A DNA stretch of 64,000 bases from Camelus ferus. Its lineage: Eukaryota. The notes under the pieces are model-generated. The model was not told the DNA's origin, made no database searches, and saw only the letters and a program-made list of their open reading frames with translations. Where the stretch lies: NCBI RefSeq assembly GCF_009834535.1, contig NC_045696.1, positions 89,840,001-89,904,000 of the forward strand, in the 5' to 3' direction. Each line of letters starts with the position of its first letter. Position 1 is the stretch's first letter. Shown one piece after another: positions 39,765 to 52,917 of the stretch. The translations under genes were made by a program, and so were the position numbers.

Positions 39765-40162
39765 GTCCCAGACACTGTGCTGCACTGCCCATGCCCCCTT
39801 TCCACCTGCAAACTTCCTCACCCCCGTGCACATGGGCACCCAAGCCAATGCGATGGGGAGTTACTTCCTGGAGCAGCCTTCAGGCAGTGACAGAGGAGCT
39901 GAAGGACACACACTCCAGCCCCTTCATCTCTCTGGGGGAGGATAAATCAAAGGTGTCTTCTATGCTGTCTCCCAGAGTTCCCCATCGGGACTGAACCCCA
40001 GTTGTACATAAGTGGTATTCTGCTTCCTGACAAACCCTTGATTCCTGTATCACTTCCTCACTCCCCTGCTGGAGCGTTTGGGGAAACCCTCCCAAATTAA
40101 CTACTCACACTCAAACCCTTGTCTCTGGGTCTGTATATAAGGGGAGATCCCACCCAAGCGAC
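39765..40162 (+). mobile_element. LTR16-like (ERVL) solo LTR
   Basis: tctcccagagttccccatcgggactgaaccccagttg...tcacttcctcactcccctgct...cctcccaaattaactactcacactcaaacccttgtctc. Confidence 0.7.
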
Positions 40163-42119
40163 TCCTGAGGGGCTTTGGAGCATACGGATCTGTGTAGTGA
40201 ACAAGATGTCTGGGTAGGAGATATAAACTTAGAAGCTATCAGCACATATGAGATTTTTGAAGCTAGAAGAGGAAATAAACTCATTTTGAGAAAGGAATAA
40301 GAGGAGAGATATTGGGATATAAAGTAAAAAAAGCACAGCGTGGAACCAGATAGACTATCAGCACCAGTTTCTTTTCAAATAGTCATCTTGGCAGAGAAGT
40401 TCTCAAACTTGTCTGGAAGTACAGGACTAATTATTTTATAGTTATGTAACCAGCTTAATTTACAGTTCTCCTGCTGTACCTTGAAAATTGAGTATTTACT
40501 GGTTCTTTATGAGCTGTAGCATTTTATGGCCTGTCAGGGCATTGATTGATACGGTGCACTGAAAAATACTCATATTAGATTACCTTAAAATACGTATCAG
40601 TATCTGTCATTTTGACACAGGAATTGCAATACTATAAATCTACAAAGATTAAAAATTTTAAGTGGAATGTTCTAAGTCGAATATTTATTAAAATATCTCA
40701 ACTGCACCAAAAGAAGAAACAAACAAACTACTGATTTGACTCGAAGAAAATTTAGCTCTGGAATCCTAGGACGACAGCAGGTCTCACATGTTTGTGGTCC
40801 TTGGAGTTACCTGCCGTTCTTACTACATGTGTCATGACAAATGATTTCCAGACTAGCGCATAATTGTAGGGGATGCCATCGCTCCAACCACATATTTAAA
40901 CAACACACAGAAACAGAAAAAGGCATTCTTGAGCTCTGCATACTCTAATAACAGTCTATTCCAAAAATCTGAAGAAAATGTATAAAATTGTGAGCATCTT
41001 TCCACAATTTTAAAGAAAAAATACTGTGGCCAGTTTTACCCTTCTACATACCACAACAGTCCTGCTACAGGCCAGTGACTCCCAGGCTGTTTACCTCCTA
41101 ATGTCCCTTTTAACTTCCCTCCAGGGACCAGCTATTTTGAAAGATTTTATGCAACAAACTGAACATAGTGACGATTAATTTTCCAATGTTTTATTAAAAT
41201 TTAAAAAAAATTTTAAATTTTTAAAAAGAGATAAACAAATCTATTCAGAGTTTTTAATCAATAGGACATAACCATTGCATTCACTCCTGACTGGATAAGA
41301 ACTCTAGCCAACGGTTTTGGGATTTTTGTTTTGTTTTGCTAATACTAAGGGTGCTTATGCTCTCGCTTTTTCTTCCACTGGCACGTGAAAGTTGAGGAAA
41401 CACGGGGAAACGCTGCTATAGTTATACAATCAGAACGAGAGTTCTAATCCACTATCTAAATGCCATTTTCAACTGTTAAGAGAAAACAGAAATGTGGGAA
41501 AGAAAAAATGAAAACGAGGATTTGGTGTAAAATCAGAGTATAGAAGGTGTTTATTTAAATAAATAGGAAATTCAACTAACTCAGCAGCAAGTGCTCCACA
41601 TCCCAGACTTGCCATCCTCATACTGAACCCGCCATGCCCTTCCTTCTGTGACCTCCTGGCCAAGGATTCCCCAGGACAGCCTCTAGGAGAGGAGGAAGGT
41701 CAGTGGGTGTTTTGCTGCAGATTTCATTTTTCCTACCTTATGACTCCACTAGGGACCACTTTTATTTTCTTTCCCTGTGTCAACATTACTTTCTCCTTGG
41801 TTCAATCAATTCTCTCCTTTAAACATGTGCATTTCCTCACTGAAAACTAATCCCCAACAAACGCCCCCCCACACACATAGGTAACATGAGGCTAGTACCC
41901 CCGTGTAGCTTAGAATGTCTCCTTGGGCAGGCAAGACTTGTGTCTGTCTGTCTGTGTCCATGGTACTTGTGTCCTTGTCCTCTTCATCCACACATTCCTA
42001 CTCAGCATTAAGGGACATCAATTAACTAGTTAATTAAGACATTAATGGTTTTCTGAAGGCACAGATGGTCCTCACTTACTTTGTTTCTTTTGCAATGAGA
42101 AGGCCAAAAGAAAAGAATC

Positions 42120-42300
42120 TAAGATTTGTTAGACACTTTCTAGGTACCAAGAACTGTGCTGTTTTACCTACATGACATTACTTCAGCCTCATATCATCCG
42201 TGTGAGGTGCAATTAAGTCTTGTTTTACACATGAGGAAACTGAGACTCACGAAAGTTAAACAGCTTGACCAAATACACAGTGAAATGCAGTGTTCAAAAT
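42120..42300 (-). mobile_element. MIR SINE
   Basis: ttttacacatgaggaaactgagactcacgaaagttaaacagcttg. Confidence 0.75.
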
Positions 42301-42339
42301 GACACTGACCCTTTGGCAACAAACCCCAAACTTTTTTCA

Positions 42340-42887
42340 TTCTAATTCACATAAATCTGATCATATAATTCGCTCTCTTGTTTAAAACCCCTCACTGCCT
42401 CCTCATTATCCAGAAGACAAAACCCTGGCCCCTTTGGTATGATGCCCAAACCCTCCCAGTCTGGCCCGCCCACCTCCCTGGGCTTAGTTCTGGCCGCATC
42501 GTGCTAGATACATACTCCAGCCGTACTGGACCGGGGGCATCTTCCTAAGTGGTCCGCACTGCTTCACCCGCCTCCACTTGTGTTTCTACTTCTTCTGTTC
42601 ATAATGCTCTCCTCCACCCTTGCCCACCTGGAGAAAACCCACTCACCTTTAAGACTAAGGTCTTCTCTCCACCTTCTATGAACAGCTGCCCTTCCTTCAT
42701 CCTCCTATATTTGACCACCATTCTCTTTTAAGCCTCCTCATCCTACCCCAATCCCCACAACAGTACATGACATACTTCTAACACAGTCCAGATATCAACT
42801 TACTTCTTGACATGTTCATCTGCCTTCCAAGATTATACATTTTTCAAGGGCAGGAGACATGTCTTACCTGTCCATGTATCTCCAGAG
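42340..42887 (+). mobile_element. L2 fragment (tail resumes at ~43246-43291)
   Basis: aatctgatcatataatt...tttaaaacccctcactgcctcc...aagggcaggagacatgtctt...gtatctccag; tail ctgggacatagtaagtatcagtaagtatttatt. Confidence 0.65.
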
Positions 42888-43237
42888 CACCATTGCCCAA
42901 CAGAACTTTCTGTAATGAATGAAATGTTCTTCTGTGCTGCCCAATACAGTAGCCACTAGCCATGTGTTTTGTGGTTTGAGAACTTGAGATGTGGTTAGCA
43001 AAACTGAGGAACTGAATTTTTAAATTTTATTTAATTTTAAGTAATTTAAATTCAAATAGGCATATGTGACTAATGGCTATCATATATTTTTTTCTTTTCT
43101 CTTTTTCATTTTTATTTATTTATTCAATTTTTAATTGAAGTACAGTCAGTTACAACGTGTCAATTTCTGGTGTACAGCACAACGTCCCAGTCATGTTTTC
43201 ATGTTCTTTTTAGTGGCTATCATATTGAATGATGCAG
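42888..43237 (+). mobile_element. MER3 hAT-Charlie element interrupted by L1
   Basis: cccaacagaactttctgtaatga...tagccactagcca...actgaggaactgaattttt...tggctatcatattg. Confidence 0.85.
43086..43210 (-). mobile_element. Very short 5'-truncated young L1 3' end
   Basis: T-rich tail then ttaattgaagtacagtcagttacaacgtgtcaatttctggtgtacagc. 15-bp TSD taatggctatcatat (43071-43085) / tagtggctatcatat (43211-43225). Confidence 0.85.
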
Positions 43238-44112
43238 CTTTAGACCTTATACAAGATCTGGGACATAGTAAGTATCAGTAAGTATTTATTCAGTTCAGGT
43301 CACCTAAGGTTTTCACTTAACCAAGCCCAACCAATATAACCTTTGGTATATTTTTAATTCTGCTCAACCACTTCATTGATGGAGACTTTCAGGACCATCC
43401 TTCATCTTCCTCAGTTACTTTCCAGGCCTGGCTGGAGGAGCGCTCCTCTCTTTCTGACCACTAATTTGCTTCCTTTGCTGTTTTTTTCTGCCTCTCATTT
43501 CTATGGAGGCTATAAAATAGGATTGTATTTCCACCAGAGTCTCATTCCACAACATGTAACCATAAAACATAGGAGCAGAGTTATTAAAGCCTCAAGGGAA
43601 AATGTATGAACAAAATATCAGCCTGATTCATTATGAACAGTTATTATAAACAGTGGGCTTGCTAGCAAATGACAGGAAAACTAATTTGCATTTGCAACAA
43701 AATTACAGCACACACATTTGCCATGGCTCCCATCCCCCGCTCCTTCCCAGGGTATTACTAGGACTGTTTAATTAAAGAAATCCTGCCAACTTAGAAAGCT
43801 TTAGGGTCTATGACTCGTGTTCATGAGGGCTTGACTTGAAATCTTTGCTAAAAGTCAAAGTATTGCCTAGATTTCCAGGTGACTGGAAAGTCCTCTAGTC
43901 CTCCACCCAAGAGGAGAACCTGAGCCAGCAGTCACTGGGCACTTACAACTTTCCAGGCACTGTGCTAGAACCCCCCCCCCCAAGAACTTCTGAACACATA
44001 ATAATGGTTCTATTGAACCAATGAGCATGAGAAAGCCTACTCCATCCCTTAGGGTCATGAGTGGCTGAGCTGGGAATACAGCCTCCGCTGCCCAACTTCA
44101 AAGCCCATGTCC

Positions 44113-44577
44113 TTGGAAACAACCTAAGTGCTAAATGTTGATGGATGAATGGATAAAAAAAAGTGTGGTATATCAAAAAATATATATATACATACATACA
44201 TATATCATCATATACAAATTATACATATTCAATATACACAGTGGAGTATTTTTCAACCATAAAAAAGAAGGAAATCTTGCCATTTGTGACAACATGGACG
44301 AATCTTGAGGGCATTATGCTAAGTGAGAAAGGTCAGACAGAAAAAACCTAATACTGTATGATCTCATTTATACGTGAAATCAAAAAAGTAAAATTCATAG
44401 ATATAGAGAGCAGATTGGTGGTTGCCAGGGGCTGGGGGTGAGGGAAGGGAGTGATGTTAGTCAAAGGATACAAGCCTTTAATGATAAGATTAATACGTTC
44501 ATGGAATCTAATGGACAGCATGGTGATGAGTTAACAATACCGTGCAGCATACTTGAAATTTGCTAAGAGCAGATCCC
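44113..44577 (+). mobile_element. L1 (L1MA/L1MB-like) ORF2 end and 3' UTR fragment
   Basis: ORF 44163-44351 ends ...EYFSTIKKKEILPFVTTWTNLEGIMLSE, the L1 ORF2 C-terminus. Confidence 0.9.
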
Positions 44578-44689
44578 TTGCTCCATCCCGTTTCTAGTTT
44601 GAATTTTCAAGGTGATAATTCTAAATACTAAAGACTTACTCTCTTATCAGTACCTTCCCTGACCTGGGAGCACTTTAAAATATGCCTTA

Positions 44690-45915
44690 TAAATAGACAA
44701 TCCAGAGAGAGGAAAAAACATGAGTTAACAGATGAAAAAAAAAAAAAACTCAATCACATGTACACATTAAACTACACTGAGATAGCAACTTGTCAGACTG
44801 GGCAGAGATGAAAAAGTTGGTAATATACCTGTTATATCCCCACAAAGGTGTGAGGACTATAAATTCATCAAAAGTTTTGGGAAGTAATCTGACAAAATAT
44901 ATATAAATTAAATAGCATATATCTTTGATTCAGAAATCCCACCTTTAGGAATTCATCTTATATATATTCTCATATGTATTAAGAGATTAGACAAATGGAC
45001 AATGGTTGGGCCATATATAAAGTTAGAACTCTGACCCACAGCCTGCAGCAACCTGCCCAGGTAGCCAACCTGCTATAAGTCAGACTTTCAGGAAGCCAGT
45101 TATCTTTAGTAACAATTCAGGAAGCTAAACAATAACTTCTGTAACAATCAGCTCGAAATGTCCAGGACTTGATTAATAACTGACAGCTCCCCTAATTTTT
45201 GTCCCCACATCCAACTCTGGACCAATCAGAAAAAGCCAAATTTGTTCCCCTGACCAATTACGTAGACTGCCCCACTTCTAGTTAGCCCACCTCCAGCTTC
45301 CTCGTGCCAACAGCCTCCAATCAGGTCATACCTGAAGGCTTCGTTGTTCTCCACTATAAAGCTTTCCTACTCTTCCACTTGCCTTTGAGTCTCTGCCACA
45401 AAGTAAGTGAGAGTCTCTGCCACAAAGTAAGTGACGCTATCTACCCTTGCAAGCCTGGGTAGATAGCGTTTGCTTTTCTCATTTAGTTGATCTTCGTCTA
45501 TTTCCACAATGTCCAAAGATGTATGCAAAAAGATATTCATCCTGGCATTGCTTTAAATAGCAAAAAACTAAAGACAACTCAAATGTCCATCAATAAGAAA
45601 GTAGTAAGACAAATTATGGTTCATCTGTAGCTGGAACACTGTGTAACCATTAATGAGAGAGAAGTAGATATGTGTATATACACGGATCAATCACCAGGTA
45701 TCACCAATCACATTGTTAAGGAAGAAAACAAAATAAATGAAAAAAAATGCAATATACAGCCATATATGCTTAAATACAAGAAACTGCTAAGGATGGTTGT
45801 TCCAGGGAGATGAAGTGAAGAAATAAAGATGGAGTGTAAAATTGCTATACATGTATATCCTTCTTTTGAATTTTGTATTATGTTTATGAATTATCTGTTC
45901 AAATGAATAAATAGA
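44690..45915 (+). mobile_element. Old L1ME-like fragment split by a solo LTR
   Basis: Left part ...tttgattcagaaatcccacctttaggaatt... continues after 45508 with ccaaagatgtatgcaaaaagatattcat...caactcaaatgtccatcaata. Confidence 0.7.
44978..45508 (+). mobile_element. ERV1-class solo LTR
   Basis: gaactctgacccacagcctgcagcaacctgcccagg; several CCAAT motifs; TATAAA at 45355; ends ttccaca. Possible 4-bp TSD atgt; the 5' TG end is not clean. Confidence 0.75.
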
Positions 45916-46344
45916 TTTTTTTAAATCTAATTTTTGCAACACTTGGAGTAACAGAAGAGTGGCCATTTTCCCATAAAGACACTTGATTCAATATATAAAA
46001 TACAGCCTTAAAAAATAATAGCAATGTTTTACAAAAGTAACTTTAATGCTAATCCCTTGTGTGGGGACCCAAGATAATTATATAGAAAAGAGCTTTCCCG
46101 TCCTTCACTATCAGGAATGTTGCCCTATGAACAAAGCAGTTAGAGCTGAAGCAGTCAGTGACAAAGAAGATAAACGAACTCTGGTGATCACTGTGTTACA
46201 GACGGAGAGGTTCCTGGTATTCCTGAATTTTGCATTCAAAACAGTTCTATAGCCTCGAGTCTGTTCACTAATAGCCATATTATTACAAGGGAACTTTGTC
46301 CCTCTCCCAGCCCTTTTTTTCCCACCTTAGGGAGGATCAGAGCC

Positions 46345-46490
46345 CAAAACGTTTCTCAAAGGTCAGTTAGATGCTCCGCATCACAATTACCAGGGCAGGG
46401 GGAGTACTGGGGAGGATGTTGTTAAAAGTACAGATTCCTGCCCCGATGCAGCACGTTTAACAAGAATCCCCGATAATTCTTAGACTTGGC
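46345..46490. mobile_element. MER5-like hAT-Charlie fragment
   Basis: tttctcaaag...gcatcacaattacc...ttgttaaaagtacagattcctg...tttaacaagaatcccc. Confidence 0.6.
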
Positions 46491-48868
46491 AAAGAGGACA
46501 AATGCTGTTCAGGACAGAATTATCTAGCGGGGCCACAACGGAGGAATGAGCTCAGCTGGGACCTGGCCTGACCTTCTGCTGAATGTACTTTTCACTTGGA
46601 CACTTGGACACAGGCTCAGTCTCACCTCCTGGTGTGACCTTGTGGCTGTCAGACACATTCAGACATTCAGCACTCTAGGTGCTAGTTAGGGGCAGGGGGC
46701 AACTAGGGGCACTGCTCCCTTGGACTCTGACAACAGAGCTGGGTTATAAGACAGAGGCAGCAAAAGGGACTTGGGATCCCAAGGCTTCCAGTAAATTGCG
46801 AGATGTCAGAGACAGAGTGGCCATGTTAAGATGCTAGTGCTTGCTGGTACCCAATAATTTTGACTTTATGTTAGTCTCACTACAAGTATAAAGTGATGTC
46901 CCTCACATCAGGATACAGACTCTGCAGATTTTGTCTGTTTCGTTGACTGTTATTTCTGAAGCACCTAAATGGTGTTTGCCACATACAAGGTGTTCAATGC
47001 AAATTAGGCAATTCAGGAGCCCTAGTGTCTCACACTCAGGGTTAGGAAGTTAGACTTAAGATTTTTTATTAACCACTTAAATCTAGTCCTCTAATTCTGC
47101 CCCAAATGTGGCACAATTCTGGTGTCTTCTGCCTGGGCAAACTGATAGGAACTATCTGCAAAGACATAGTGTAGAATAACACTTTTCATGCAGATAAAAT
47201 GGATTTAGAGCAAAAGACATTTATGTATTCCCTGATTAAAGCACTACTTAGAAAGAGTAGCTCACTAAGTAACGTATGTCCCAGGTGTCAGAAGAATTAG
47301 CAAGTACAAGGTCAAAACTACATCACTATAAGAGGATGGTTAAAAGAAATTTCAAACCTTTATTATTCAACAACAATATTTAGGATGCATGCCATTGTCT
47401 AGAAACCTTAAAGATGTTCATTTTACTTTATCTGAGTGGACAATGACTTTATCTTCTCAAAACTAGTATGGCTTCCTAGAAAGGAAATTAAAAGCCAATA
47501 AAAAAGAGTTAGTTTTTAAAAATAAAAATCTACTTTTTTTCTATGTCAAGTCTTCCCTGAAAGAATAAATCATTGGCATAATATCTTTATATTTAAGTAT
47601 TTATCTTAGCAGAGTCTGCTTCATAAAAGAAGCAAAACATATCAGGCATCTCTAAATTATCATTGGTCTTTATTTCTCAGATTGCCAGTCATTTATCCAG
47701 TTGAAATGAAGAGAGGTTACTGCAGAAAGATGGACGGTTTGTCTCTAAAGACACAACACATGCGTGAGGAAGAGGGGTGCTTCTTGTAATTAAAATAACA
47801 CCAAATAATCATTTTATTGCCAGATACTTTAAATTTCTTATATCTAAATTTGCAAAAACCCTCCCTGGTAGATGCCATTGTCTTTATTTTTTCAGATGGC
47901 AGAGAGAGAGAGAGAGAGATTAAATGAATTTTCAAAAGCCACCTGGTTGGTAAATAAGGGAGCTGGTGCTGGAAGCACAGCCATGATACTGCATGGTGCA
48001 CAGTCATTCCATGCTGCCCTCTGCACATTTTTGAAAATTACAGAAATTAAGAAAGTGTCCTATAAACAAAAATGCACTTCATAAATAAAAATGTCCAGCC
48101 AAGAGCACACTACTTTTAAAGAAAACCGAGGACTCACCACCATATGTCCAAAATAAATGGCCCTTAAGTTCAAAATGCCAAGAGGCTCTAAGCTTGCATT
48201 AGATTGATAGTCAGAGGGAAACCACTGGAACCAGGTTGCCAAGCAAACCCATGTCTCATTATCTGTGCCACAGGGACATGCTATTAGAGCATCAACAGAG
48301 CAAACCTGTCACATGCTGTAACACTTAATTGGCCAACAGTAAGTACTGCCTGATAGATTCAGATGAAGAGTAAACCATGATTATAAAAGAGGAGGAAATG
48401 CTTTTATCATTAATTACACTTAAAAACTAGAAAACAACACGTGGATGAATGTTTTCAAAAAAAGAGCAACAGATTTCAAAGCAAATGGAAAATGAGGCAT
48501 TAATGTCAGAGAAGATAACTGCTTATACAAACAGATTTTAAATATTAACATCACTGCACAAGAGAAAGTTGCCCCCACTGACATTTTAATAGAACGTTAA
48601 CATATTCACTGGACAAACGATCTGGCCCAGTTCTTAACCATAATTCACGATTTTAAAAACATACCCTAAATAATGCACCCCAAATAAAGACATAGACTTG
48701 CTAGACATTTATAACAGGTATTCAGGTTACCAACATGTAGATGTGTTTTTGTTAAGGCGTTTTGAGGCCTGAATAGCTATCTGTCTGTTTTACAGCTAGC
48801 TCTCTCCTCTCAGAACCAACATCTAGGGCTTTTCATGCTCCAACTTTTGAAATATTGACCTTTATTAC

Positions 48869-49211
48869 TGTAAAAAAAATTAATACACAGAAATCTCAAT
48901 TAAATAGAGTCAGGAGACCAGAAGGGAGAGCGTTCATGCCCTGTAACTACAGCAGAGCCCAACAGGAATAAGAAAGACTGTTCCTTCCTGGCGAGGACTC
49001 AGCCAATGAAAAGCCATGGACTTTCTGTTTACTGTAGACCTGCCAACTTTCTTTCCCCTCTATAAAATGATTTCTCCTTCCCTTGCCATGGGGGAACTTG
49101 CATGTGGCTTGATGGTCACAGACCCCAAACTGCAATTCTCTGCTGATCCTGAATAAAGATCTCCATCTTTGCTGGAGCAATATCTGGGCATCTATTTATT
49201 TCAGGTTAGTA
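48869..49211 (+). mobile_element. ERV1-class solo LTR (artiodactyl-type)
   Basis: Starts tgtaa; CCAAT 49003, TATAAA 49061, AATAAA 49152; ends ttcaggttagta. 4-bp TSD ttac/ctac. Confidence 0.8.
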
Positions 49212-49929
49212 CTACTGTTCACAAATATGAGAGAAAATGAAGCTTTTTCTCCAGTGAAGTGTCCATATCACCACAGCCCACATTTAGATGTGAACCAAAG
49301 AGATACTTTCATCAAAACACCTGTTCTCCAATGATCAGGGGCAATGCTTTGAACCTCAGGGCACCCTCCTGATACCACACTTGGTCTCAGGGTTTTGTGT
49401 GGATGACAATCAATATTTGTATTAAAAGGATATAAAGAAAATTCTTGAGGAGAAAATCACTAACCATAGAATGCTACAGATGGGAGGAAGAAGAAAATGG
49501 AAATCATCTAACTCTTCTTCACTTTACAGATGAGCCCAAAGAGAGTAGTCATCTGATGAAGACTTCTTTCCATTGTGCTTTTTATTATGTCTCTCCCACT
49601 GGTATGTTTCATCTCTCACATTATCAGCTGAAGCAGCTTCTGCCTCTTGTTCTACCTTGTTATTTTACTTTACAAACAAATCTACCCTTAGAAATGGACT
49701 AGAGCTTAATCTTTGGACAACATACACTTAAGCTTAATCTCTCCCTTTTCACCACCTGACTTTCAAGTACAGTATAAGGACCTATAGTTTGTATGAATAT
49801 GAATTGTCTTTTGGCGGTCTTCCAACAATTTACACTCAGACTATGATTCTCAAATGACAAAATACATAGAAATTGATATAGAATGGATATGAATATAAAT
49901 ATTAATATGTATATAAATATCATTAATCA

Positions 49930-50290
49930 CAATGTGATACTACTACAAGTACAAATGCATCAGAATGCCTAAAAGACTGATAAAACCAAGAGTTGACAAG
50001 GACATGGAGCAACTGTAACTCTCACACAATTCTGTTGAGAAGGTAAATTGATATAACCCCTTTAGAAAAGTATTTAATAGTATTTTATTAAAGCTGAGCA
50101 TGCACAGAGTTTATAACTGAGCAATTTCATTCTTAGGTATACACATAAAAGAAGTGTGGACATATTCACTAGAAGATGTGAAACTGGAGTATCTATAGCT
50201 ATACTGTTCCTACAAGCTAAAAACTGGAAACAACCTGAATGTCCATGGGTAAAAAGATTGTAGCATAAATTTGCACAAAAATCATACTTC
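49930..50290 (+). mobile_element. L1ME-like ORF2 3' fragment
   Basis: gactgataaaaccaagagttgacaaggacatggagcaactgtaactctca...gcaatttcattcttaggtata...aaaactggaaacaacctgaatgtcca. Confidence 0.75.
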
Positions 50291-50309
50291 ACTTAAAGTG
50301 GTGATAAGA

Positions 50310-50780
50310 GTTAAAAGTCATTGGATCGAAGTAACTGAAATACCAAGGCTCAAATTGAGCTTAAACAATAAACCAGTAATACATAGGTAGAAAAATCACA
50401 GATAGACTTGATTCCATGATTGACTGGCACAGCAGCTGAGGAATGCCAATAAAGATCCAGGCTCTTTCCACATTTTTGTTCTGCTGTCCTCTGTATTGGC
50501 TTCATTTTCATACTGGAAACAAGATGGTGGTCATAGTTTCAGGCAATATATCAAGAAATAGCTATGCCCAAGGTAGAAGAAGGTTACTTTTCCTTATTTC
50601 CTTCTATTAAGAGAAAGAACTTACCCTTAGGAGGACTGTAGCACACTTTCCCTCCTATCTCATTGGACAAGAGTGAGTCACATCCTACCCCAGAACCAAT
50701 CACTGGCAGGAGAAGTGGGATGATAAAATTTGACTAAGGCTGATCTTCTGGAAAAGAATGGATGGTGGAATATTGATCAC
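50310..50780 (-). mobile_element. MLT1 (ERVL-MaLR) LTR, old subfamily
   Basis: gatccaggctctttcca...caagatggtgg...tctcattggacaagagtgagtcacat...aaccaatcactggca. Confidence 0.65.
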
Positions 50781-51029
50781 CATGACAACTTACAGTGACC
50801 GTTAATATGAAGACCATTTATTTAAACCTCAAATATTGGATTTCTGGTTTCCATTGAGAGGTGAAAACAGAGAAGCTCTCAACCTGATGAGAAAAATGCT
50901 GAACAAACAGAAAGTTCACAAATTGTCTCTTAACAATCAGAGTGCTGAGGTTTCAGGGCAACTAACTGTCCAGAACCTGGGGGAAGGCAGGTGCCTGCAG
51001 TGAGAGATGAGATGCAGACACAACACAAA

Positions 51030-51625
51030 GTGTCTCCCCCAAAATGTTTATCAAAGACAAAGTATCTTTACAATGAAAAAAACCTGACAGGCACCACCTA
51101 CCCAAGTGATCGACCACAATATCACTAGTGAGAAGTCAGGTGGATGTCATGAGGCTCCCTATACCACACAGCAAGACAGGCACTTTACCCCTGGGGTATT
51201 CCTGCCCAAATTCCACAACCCTAGTCTAACCTGGAGAAAAACTCATACAAACCAAAGTTCGAGTCATTCTGCAAAATACCTGAAAATATTCTCCAAAAGA
51301 GTTAAGGTGATGTAGGATAAAGAAATAATGAGTAACAGACACAGGTTGGAGGAGACTAAGGAGACATGACGACAACATGTGTTCCTGGATCAAATCCTGG
51401 TACAGAGAAAGAACATGAGTGGGAAAATGATGAGAGCCAACTAAAGCCTGTGGTTTGCTTAATAGAATTACACCAAATTAATTTCTTACTTCTGAAAACT
51501 GTACCATGGTTGTGTTAGATGTTAATGTTAGGAGAAACTGCATAAGGGCTATACTGGAACTCTATACACTGGTTGCAACGCCTCTGTAAGTCTAAAATTA
51601 TTTTGAGATTAAGAATTAAGAAATA
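51030..51625 (+). mobile_element. L1MC/L1MD-like 3' UTR fragment
   Basis: ctttacaatgaaaaaaacctgacaggcaccacct...ggaggagactaaggagacatgacgac...ctgtaagtctaaaattatt. Confidence 0.8.
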
Positions 51626-52504
51626 AAACTGCTTACTTGCTATTCTCCTATTTTCATTTCAGGATTTTAAATCTTCAGTAAATATTATCAGACTTTCACA
51701 CATTTTCCCAGTTCTCTACAGTGGTGGTATTGCGCCAACGAAATCAAGTGATATCATTATGGTTGCTAGGCACTAAATATAAAAACAAACAAGTGGAAAG
51801 TACCAACGGTTAGGGAGACATAGGAAGAGATAAGCCAGTTAACAATAATTTGAATGTCAGGAAACTAAATAACTTTGCTCTTATACTATTTCCTCCTTTC
51901 CTATATATTTTGGTTCAGAAGTAATTTTCTCAACTCTTTTAGAGCTCATAAATCTTCTTCCATAATCCTTACAATCACTGATAAAGAAGCTCTTTTTCTT
52001 GTTAACTCCATTATATGCTTTAAATAATGAGGATTGTAGAGTGTCTTTCTAAGTAGCTGCAAAATTGCTAATCTGAGTTACAAAAGAGCAAACAGATTTA
52101 ATGTGTTCTTAGTACTATACAAACACCGGTGATTTCTCAAGAGGAGTAACAGCAAAAAGGAAAGAAGATGACATTTGTGATAGAAGCTAAAGAAAAATGC
52201 AAGGTTCTGCAAAAGCAAAGGTAAGAAAAATGCTTTCTAGCTGACTACTGATTATCTGTTTTCCCTACAGAAAATGTCAACTATGGTGTTTATCCCTGCT
52301 CCACCATGGTTTATTGAATGTATGGAAAAGGAGGGTGGGGAGTTGATAATTTGCCTTTCTGAATCATAGGTCAGCAGATCATAAGAAGCCACATCGGAAG
52401 CTGGTAAAGAGATTCTAGAGTTTGAGCACCATGCAGGAACTATATGAGATTTCACTACTCCATATATAGGAGGAAGAGTGAAAACACTTGGTAACCAAAA
52501 TGGT

Positions 52505-52917
52505 GGAGAGTGATGGGAATTGTTGTGTTCACCAAACTCCATTTCCACTTCCTCCTGGTGGACAGCCAGACCATATTCCTCAGTCTCCCTTGAAGTTAGG
52601 TGGGGTCATGCAGTTGAGGATTGGCCATTGAACGTGGGAGAAAGTGATGCATGTCACTTTCAGAACTGGAACATGACAAGAGTTCCATGAGATTCTCCAC
52701 AGTCTCATTCAACCCTTGTCTTTTTACTGGATGTTTATATACAAGGCTACATTGTTTGCCCCAAGTTCAATGAGAAAAGAACCTCTGTCTGCCTAGGTTC
52801 TTGTCTCACCAATCTACACTGAACTGTGATGTGACTGAGAAATAAAAAATTACTGTCTCATGTCATTGAGATTTTGGATTTCTTTATTACAACAATTACC
52901 CTACCCTGACTAAGACA
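52505..52917 (+). mobile_element. MLT1 (ERVL-MaLR) solo LTR
   Basis: cagtctcccttgaagttaggtggggtcatg...gagaaagtgatgcatgtcactttc...gagaaataaa...ccctgactaagaca. Confidence 0.75.

Noticed and set aside
52113..52220. Plus-strand donor aag|gtaaga with upstream AG
   Set aside because: All three frames from the acceptor contain stops, and no homology was recognised.
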